Source: Halocafeteria seosinensis
Lineage: Eukaryota
DNA: 20,000 nucleotides
Assembly (NCBI GenBank): GCA_001687465.1
Contig: LVLI01000084.1
Location: 294,787-314,786, forward strand
Reading direction: 5' to 3'
Part shown: positions 19,946-20,000 of the stretch, one piece after another
Numbering within the stretch: the first letter of the stretch is position 1
How the letters are laid out: each line of letters begins with the position of its first letter
Program-made: the position numbers and the translations under genes
Notes under the pieces: generated by a model
What the model was told of the DNA's origin: nothing
The model's database searches: none
The model's input: only the letters and a program-made list of their open reading frames with translations

Positions 19946-20000
19946 ATGCCTAAAGGTGGTGGCGGAGCAAGTGGGAAAGGTGGTGGAGGAGGTGGAAAAG
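19946..20000 (+). CDS. 5' fragment of a gene with Gly/Lys-rich N-terminus (MPKGGGGASGKGGGGGGK...), possibly parvulin PIN4-like
   Basis: ATG at 19946, open to the window end, divergent from the coiled-coil gene. Only 18 low-complexity codons are visible, so the identity is a guess. Confidence 0.45.
   Translation, partial: MPKGGGGASGKGGGGGGK

Overview
Eukaryotic nuclear DNA from a very gene-dense, intron-rich genome. It uses the standard code and is probably a flagellated protist, since GAS8/DRC4 is present (a stramenopile-like origin is only a guess). Manual splicing gives nine multi-exon genes plus one possible 5' fragment: AQR (5' part, -), proteasome alpha-7 (-), a coiled-coil DUF4795/QRICH2-like gene (+), TECR (-), a DOT1-family methyltransferase (+), GAS8/DRC4 (-), CCDC47 (+), FARSA (+), an unknown coiled-coil gene (-) and a Gly/Lys-rich N-terminus at the right edge (+). 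All 37 reconstructed introns are GT...CAG and 32 of them are 59-78 nt. The most interesting signals are non-coding: (i) the few over-long introns carry hairpins that could fold them back toward the modal length; (ii) a switch-like alternative pairing across exon 2 of the proteasome gene; (iii) a perfect 12-bp duplication of a splice acceptor; (iv) a shared ATACACGTGA element upstream of two ER-membrane genes; (v) two long intergenic gaps, one hairpin-rich (2330-3510) and one with a decayed ORF chain (14255-15211). No tRNA, rRNA, CRISPR array or intact transposon was recognised. All family assignments come from remembered motifs, not searches.
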